Of a stretch of DNA of 64,000 bases, positions 57,501 through 64,000 are shown one piece after another. A model generated the notes under the pieces. It worked only from the letters and a program-made list of their open reading frames with translations. It ran no database searches and had not been told where the DNA came from. The stretch comes from Azolla caroliniana (Eukaryota; Plantae; Polypodiophyta), in contig JBHGNT010000011.1 in the NCBI GenBank assembly GCA_043228905.1, forward strand, positions 18,228,001 to 18,292,000. Direction: 5' to 3'. The number at the start of each line of letters is the position of its first letter. Position 1 is the stretch's first letter. The position numbers and the translations under genes are program-made.

Positions 57501-59359
57501 CGCCACACGACAATACACGAATTGTGACAGACACACTTTGAAAATGATGAAGAATATTAAATAGTTGGCTTTTGCTAGGCTTGAGCCTCATTATGAAATT
57601 ACCTTTGCTCTTGGTTTATAAAAGTCAAAAACCAAAAAGACATTGGTATCCAGAACTCCTTTGATTCATATTTACATGTGCACCTTACCTTTAGGCTCAC
57701 ACCTCGAGCAGTTCTCGGGAAGCTTCAATGAGTAGCAAGATTCAAGAAAAACATTGATTTTCCTTGGGTTTCCATTTACAAGGGTGATTGTTGATTATAT
57801 CGATTAACCAATTTGAACGACGACGATAATAAGTGAAGCAAATGAAACATGGGTTTATAGAAAGGAGTGAAACAAGTGTGCACTACTTACCAGGGTTATG
57901 TCTTATGATGTCCTACCTCATGAATGTACATATATTTTTGCACGAATAACATCATAATATATATATATATAATGTATGTGAATAAACATGACTACGATCG
58001 AGGGATCGCCAAAGATCTCCATAGTCTTGTATAAATTACCTAGACGCATAATGATAATAAAAAGCAAGGGAAAGTTTAAAATAAAGAGAATAAATAGCAT
58101 GTTTTCATTATAACAACTATCATATTCCTTGGGCATATAATGTCTATACATTCACATGAATAAGCGACTCGAAGAAAGTCACCCACTATTGTTCATCATG
58201 CTAGATGACTAGTGTAGGTTCATAATATGAAACATGTAACATGATTTGGTTGCACCTTATGTGGTGACATGTGAAATTCCAAGGAGAATAAACCTCTACC
58301 ATCATGCATGATGTTGGGGCCTAAATCTGGTATAAGGTTTGCATCTAGCTTTTGTATTATATGCTTTGTAACCTCACCTATAATTTTTCGTGAATTCCTT
58401 ATTTAAGTTTATTTTAGGCTTATATAATGTTTGACGGCCTTTGCCATTTGCAAACATTTGCATGCCTTGCATAGCTTTGAGACATTTGCAGAACCATCAC
58501 ATTGGCTACAACTTGATGTAAATGCCCTTATGGACAATCCACATCTCTTTGCCCAACACCAACTTTGATGAATGGATCACAATAAAGTTCATTGGTGGCT
58601 AACACGGTCTCAAAGGCATGGCACTTTCACATGCGATGGATCGAAAACAACATCTACTACAAATTCAAACAATTTAGCTCGCTTCAAGAGCTCACCATGT
58701 CCAAGAAATCCATGGGCTGTTCTAGCTTTCTCCATATGAAAAGAAACGATGTCTTTGACAAAGCGTGAGTGGCACGAGCGTTTGATCTTTTTTTCTCTCA
58801 ATTATGACTTACATTCCTTCCTTTCGGACTAGGATAATGGAATGAGCAAATGACACATTCCCATTCGATCGCTTTGGCTCTTCAATTAGATGGAAATTAG
58901 TGTACGAATGTCCTAATTGACAAAACTCAGTGTCCTACTTAACGCGTTGTGATTACCAAACCTTTTATATAACCACCCATATGTATTTTGGAGCACGTAA
59001 AAAGCGAGCCCAATTTTGATTTACATAATGGAATCATGTACAAATACAGATTGTACTGATACTACGCAAGTAACGCATACACGCATATCTATAAGACTAT
59101 ATAAATATATGCATAGCAGCATATGTATGTATGTATAATATATACTAATACATTATTTGGATGAGTATGATAAAATTATTCATATATTTTATAGTTTTGT
59201 TGAATGGAATGGAGATTGAAATACATATGGAGTATATAAGTATAGTTTGTCTGGATTGGGTATGTGTCCGTATATGTGCGTATGAACGTATAAACTTCAT
59301 ACATTGTGGGTGGGGTGTTCTTAATAACAAAATTTGTACGTGTTATTATTATTAATTTT

Positions 59360-60040
59360 AAACTTACGTGTGGCGGGAGATAAGGAGAAATTCAAAGGGC
59401 GTGATTTTTGTTTTTTTTTGTTTTCTGGGGAGGCTGGCGTGGCCACGTGGCTTGGAGTATAGATAGTACGGTTCGTTCGGCTGGGGGCGCCGCTAGAATT
59501 AGCGGAGGTGGACACTATGGGGACTTATTATATATATAACATGATCTGTTTTCTCTGTCTTGGTCTGGAAGTTTCGGTCCGCCTGGATAAGGAAGGCGTC
59601 GGGATTCAGGAACGTCCAGGACGTGGCAGCTAAAAAAAAAAAAAACAGCCCTAGCCTCCTCCTCCTCCTCCTCCTATAGTTCAAAAATAAAAATAAAAAT
59701 AAAAATAGTAAGAGTCGGAGGAGGCGGAGGCGGAGGAGCGAAATAACGTACACATTGCGGCGCTGCGTTTGGAGGCCGCGCCGCGCCGCCACGCGAGGCG
59801 GCGGAGGCGCCAGTGCAAACAAACCACCAAAAAATAGAGAGAAAACCAAAAACACGACAAAAACCAACACCTTAAAAGCTAAAAAGCTTCCTTCCTTTCC
59901 TTTCCTTTCCTTTCTTTTTCCTCTCTCTAACCCTATTTATTCTTCCCCGGATAAATCGAAAGCATGTTAAAAAATAATAATAATAAAAGAAAAGGACGTC
60001 CTCTAGAAAGAGATAAATTATTTCCTAAAGCCACGCGTGC
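59360..60040. promoter_or_regulatory. GC-rich promoter-like region with G-box/ABRE and coupling-element motifs
   Basis: GCCACGTGGC at 59442-59451, ACGTGGC at 59621, GCCACGCG at about 59788 and 60030; (CT)n at 60267-60290 suggests a TSS region. Confidence 0.5.
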
Positions 60041-61739
60041 AGCGAACTTCGGTAGCTCATTACCCAACAATAATAATAAAAACTTGGCATTTTCTTTTAT
60101 CTGTATATTTAATTTATAAAAAAATGCTGTTTTTTGGAAAAATAAAATAAATCAATTGTAAACTGGCCCTGTTGTTTTTTTTTTTATATTACATAAATAG
60201 TTTTTGTTTTTTTTAAAAAAAATTATTTGAAAATAAAAAAACAATTCCCCCATGTCTGACCAAAATCTCTCTCTCTCTCTCTCTCTCTCTAGCACACATC
60301 CTGCAGCTAAAATTTAAAAACCCTGCAGGAGCTATGGCTTCCTTACAACAATTTAGAACCCTAAACCCTAAATTACTGTTCCGCCCGATCCTGCCGGGGA
60401 TTGGAAAACCCTAGTGTCCACTTCTAGCCTCTAGCTTAACTCTCACTACTCCGGATCCCCCTCTTAACTCTAATCCATTTCTGCAGAAATGTAATCCCTA
60501 ATCCCTAAGAGCTCCACCCTAAAACCGGAGAGCTTTATCATATGCTGGCACACAGACAGACCCTGTACCTTCTTCTTCATTCTCCACCTCCATAGCCATG
60601 GGCTTCTCCACATGTACTCTTCTTGCAATATGCTAAGTACCTGACCTCCGGGAAATGCGATCACTCTAACCCTTGAGACTTAAAAGAGAAGCGTGAGCTT
60701 CCATAATGCAACAGCGATGGTGACCATGATACACAGATTACGCAGTTTGCTCATTTCTGATCGTTTGTTTGTTTGGGCAAGACTGTCCATAGCCCTAACC
60801 AATCGCAGATAATAATGATGTGTCAATGATCCTTGTTGACGTTATTAATAACATAGTACTACTTATGCAGCAGGGAAGCTCCATTGATTGTAAACACTAA
60901 TTTTTGTTAACCTCTACCTAGCTCGGCCATGGCCGCTGCAGGTAATCAATGAGCCAGTTATTAATGTTTCTTTACACAAGAAAGGATCCATAGCCTTCCT
61001 TATTATCAGCAACTTGTAATACTCGAAGCGAAATTAGTGATTACACAGGAAACCCTAAAAACTTGCGTTTCCATTGCTGGCCATCATCATCACTATTGTA
61101 ATCAGAAAGTATCCTTGAAGAATATATTCATCTGGTACATTCTTCTGCAACAAGATTGAAAAACCTTCGATAATTAATCGTATACAGTACTGAAAGCTTC
61201 GACATTAGCCCTAGAGCTTGGGGTATTCCAGATCACGCAATTGGACTCTGGTTGAGGAAGAAGAAAGAGAAAGAGCTCATTTTTGTTCGAATATCTCATT
61301 GTCTATGTTTGTTTTGTTCCCGATGAGAATTATCATGTCTGAAGGATAGTTCCACATCTTCTCTCTCAAGAAATTAGTTCCTGACTTTCGTCTGGCTTAA
61401 GGGTACAGATTTTCTTCTATCTCATTCTCTCATTCTCTCATTCTCAGTATAAGCATCATTTTCCTTGCGTGGAGTGGAGCGGGGATGAATCAGCAAATAA
61501 GCAATTTGAAAGAAGGCTGTGGCTGTAGAAAGCATAATGCTGATCTATCGCTCTTTGTCTCTCAATGTCTCTCTCTCGTGGATCTTATCAATATAAAGAA
61601 TAGAGCGCTACTGTGCCTGTGCAGCTTATAGCTAGCTATGGAAACCACCTTTCTACGCAAGCACTTAATTATTGTGCTTTGTATGCATCATCATCATCAT
61701 CATCATCATTGACCAGTGTATCTGATTTCCAATGATCAA

Positions 61740-62052
61740 AATTAAGCCTTCTATATATTTGAACACTTTTTCTTAGCAATGTTAAGCTTCCCATAGGTCT
61801 GAACATTCAGTAGTATTAAGCTTTCCATTCATCTAAACAATATTCATTGCCGTCAAGCTTCCATTACTCCAAACAATATTCATTTTCGTCAAGCTTCCCA
61901 TGGGATCTAAACCTTGACCAGGAATCTTTCTAAATTGCTCCTAACAATCACCACAATCGAGCTTTCCATTGATCTAAACAGTCACCATCATTAAGGTTTC
62001 CATTGATCTAGACATTCATCACCATCAGGATTTCTGCTGATCTAAACATTCA
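61740..62052. repeat. Degenerate 33-37 bp tandem repeat, about 8 copies
   Basis: Recurring t(t/c)aagctttccatt.atctaaaca.tc..ca. Confidence 0.8.
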
Positions 62053-62705
62053 GAGAACCATTTATGCGTGCCAACTTTTCCTATAATTTATTCTTTGAAA
62101 ATTCAACCATCAGCCACGAGAACCTTAGAGCCTTTAGTAGTGTAAGTTGTCTTTCTGAGAACGAATTACAAAGCTATGGGGCAAATTTTTGTGGGACAAA
62201 TTCTTGCTGGTGCAGATGAAAGAAACCCCGATGGTCAGAATGACAGTATTGGTTCGTCCTACAGAAGGCCCGTGTCTGATGATTAACTCTGTGAAGGAAG
62301 TTCTTTCGTTCATCCATTCTTTCTTTCTTCAGGAAGAAATATCCAGAAAAGAGAGATATTATAATGCTCTCTGATCTCTATCTTCTGCTTCACCATCATT
62401 GTATCCGGTAGCTTATACTTCCTTTTCTGCCTTTTCTGATATCTCTGTATTGCTGTTTTTTCTTCATCATCATCATCTAAACCTGAGACTAATTCTGCGT
62501 CATCTCTCTTATCATCCCCTCGCCATATTCTCCATTACTATTTCTTCGCATCGCCTTCATTTTCTTTCTCCTTCAATATGAGTACAATGTTATAACTTCT
62601 ATCCTGACTTAGTGTGTATTCACCTATTATAATACACACGCTAGAACTAAAGCCATAGCTAGCATAGCTTCATGTAGTCCCGTAGTTGGTCTGCAGATCC
62701 TTGTA

Positions 62706-64000
62706 ATGGTAAGGAGGTCTGGGTCCAAGAAAGAAAAACCTCTCCATCGTAGTTATTTTGTTCATTTGAAACGTCATATCCATCTCCATCTCACACATCG
62801 TGGTCTGTACCATCCATACATCCATAATAACAATAAGATTATAAGAATGAAACAAGCACCAGAATTCGCAGAAGCGAGCTCCTCAGCAGATCAACAAGGT
62901 TTTATGAGAGAGATTTCCATGCTACAAAAATCTCGTTCGTTGAAGGATCCATCTACTTATACTAATAGTCCTTCACGAATTAGGTCTGCATCTCTGAAGC
63001 TAAAAAAGTTTGGAAAAACATCAAAATTAGTTCCGCATTCTTCTTCTCCATATGAAATTAGGGAAGCAGATAGAACTGTGAATAGTAAGCCTGAATTAGA
63101 TGAACTGAATTCTAGCGAAAGAGAAGGATCATGGCTTGAAATCAACCCTGCGGATGGGAAGAAGATTAATGTGGAAGAAGTTGCTTCGAATGTTTTGTAC
63201 AGAGAAGAATTAGTAGGAAATAATTCTCGTTTATTCAATGCAATCAAGAGATTAGAGATTGGAAGGCAAGATTTAGGTTATACAGATCTTCTGTCACAAA
63301 GAGGCGTCGGCATGTATGGAATGTCTACAGCGAAGAAGAGCGATGAAGTACTCAGCTTGGAAAGTGAGAGAGAAAGACAAGCTTTTGCAGGTTCTGAATC
63401 ACTTTGCACCGATAAATGAAAATCAATGTCTTGGGGTTGTGAATTTAGTGGCCAGAAACCAAAATAAATGGTTTTATATGGTTGTGATTTCTCTAGATAT
63501 AAATCAAAATCGATGGTTTTTGGCTGTGGATACAGTGGCTATAAACTAGAATCAATTGTTTTTGTTTGTTTGTTAATTCTCTAGATATAAATCAAAAGAG
63601 ACTGTTTTTTTATGGCTGTGGCTACAGTTACTATAAGCCAAAATCAAGAGGTTTTTTAGCTCTGGATTTAGTGCTTGTGTTTATAAACTAATATCAATCG
63701 TTTTTTGGTTTTGTATTTAATAATACATAAATAACCAAAAACAACGGCATTTGCAGGTTGGGAATTCTCTACTGGTAAATCAAAATCGATGGCTTTTGCA
63801 GGTTCTGAATTATCCGCTGGTAAAGCAAAATCAACGGCTTTTGCAGGTTGTGCGTTATCTGCTGGTACATCAAAATCTGTGGACTGTTTGCGTGTGAATC
63901 AAAATCAAGGGTTTTGTCTCACCTATCAATCAAAATCAGTGGTTTAATTTGCAGGTTTTGAATCTAATATTGGTAAATCCAGATCGAGGATCAAAGGTAG
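62706..64000 (+). CDS. N-terminus of a STICHEL-like (DnaX/clamp-loader-related) protein, partial
   Basis: HLKRHIHL...FMREISMLQKSRSLKDPS resembles the recalled N-terminal motif of STICHEL-like proteins (HLRNHIHL...MRDLxxLQRSRSLRDPS). The AAA+ domain is not in the window. Confidence 0.6.
63380..63990. repeat. Degenerate tandem array, unit about 45 bp
   Basis: Consensus gcttttgcaggtt.tga.tt.tct.ctggtaaatcaaaatc.atg repeated about a dozen times. Confidence 0.85.

Noticed and set aside
55700-58900. Patchy coding-like stretches in the intergenic region
   Set aside because: Translations contain stops and no identifiable motif; a tBLASTx or RepeatMasker search would be needed.
61740-62052. CRISPR-like appearance of the ~35-bp repeats
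   Set aside because: Units are degenerate and contiguous without unique spacers, there are no cas genes, and the context is eukaryotic.
63750-63980. 18-nt micro-exons (CAG|18 nt|GTAAA) in consecutive repeat units
   Set aside because: The intervening introns would be only about 27 nt, too short for plant spliceosomal introns.

Overview
Eukaryotic nuclear DNA from a land plant. A non-seed lineage such as a fern is my inference from gene content and retroelement type. Bases 1-21.1 kb are a GC-rich nest of minus-strand LTR retrotransposons. A decayed Ty1/copia element (1040-20713) carries two intact, very young, near-identical Ty3/gypsy elements (1184-8353 and 10288-17451), and a Tat-like element sits in its 3' LTR. 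The two gypsy copies share unusual features: an 18-nt tRNA-Trp primer site, 4-bp GCGY target duplications, a protease in the gag frame, a candidate -1 frameshift (G_GAU_UUU_UAG plus a predicted pseudoknot) and a Pol that resembles fungal elements. The rest is AT-rich and genic. It holds an 8-exon gene fusing a BtuF-like Fe/B12 substrate-binding domain to a degenerate asparagine-synthase-like domain, a Zn ribbon and a tail anchor. It also holds an unusually long PRORP with internal repeats, DPH6 with two GC-AG introns, COX17 with a truncated copia probably inside a 5'UTR intron, and the start of a STICHEL-like gene running into a splice-site-bearing tandem array. All calls were made by eye; no searches were run.
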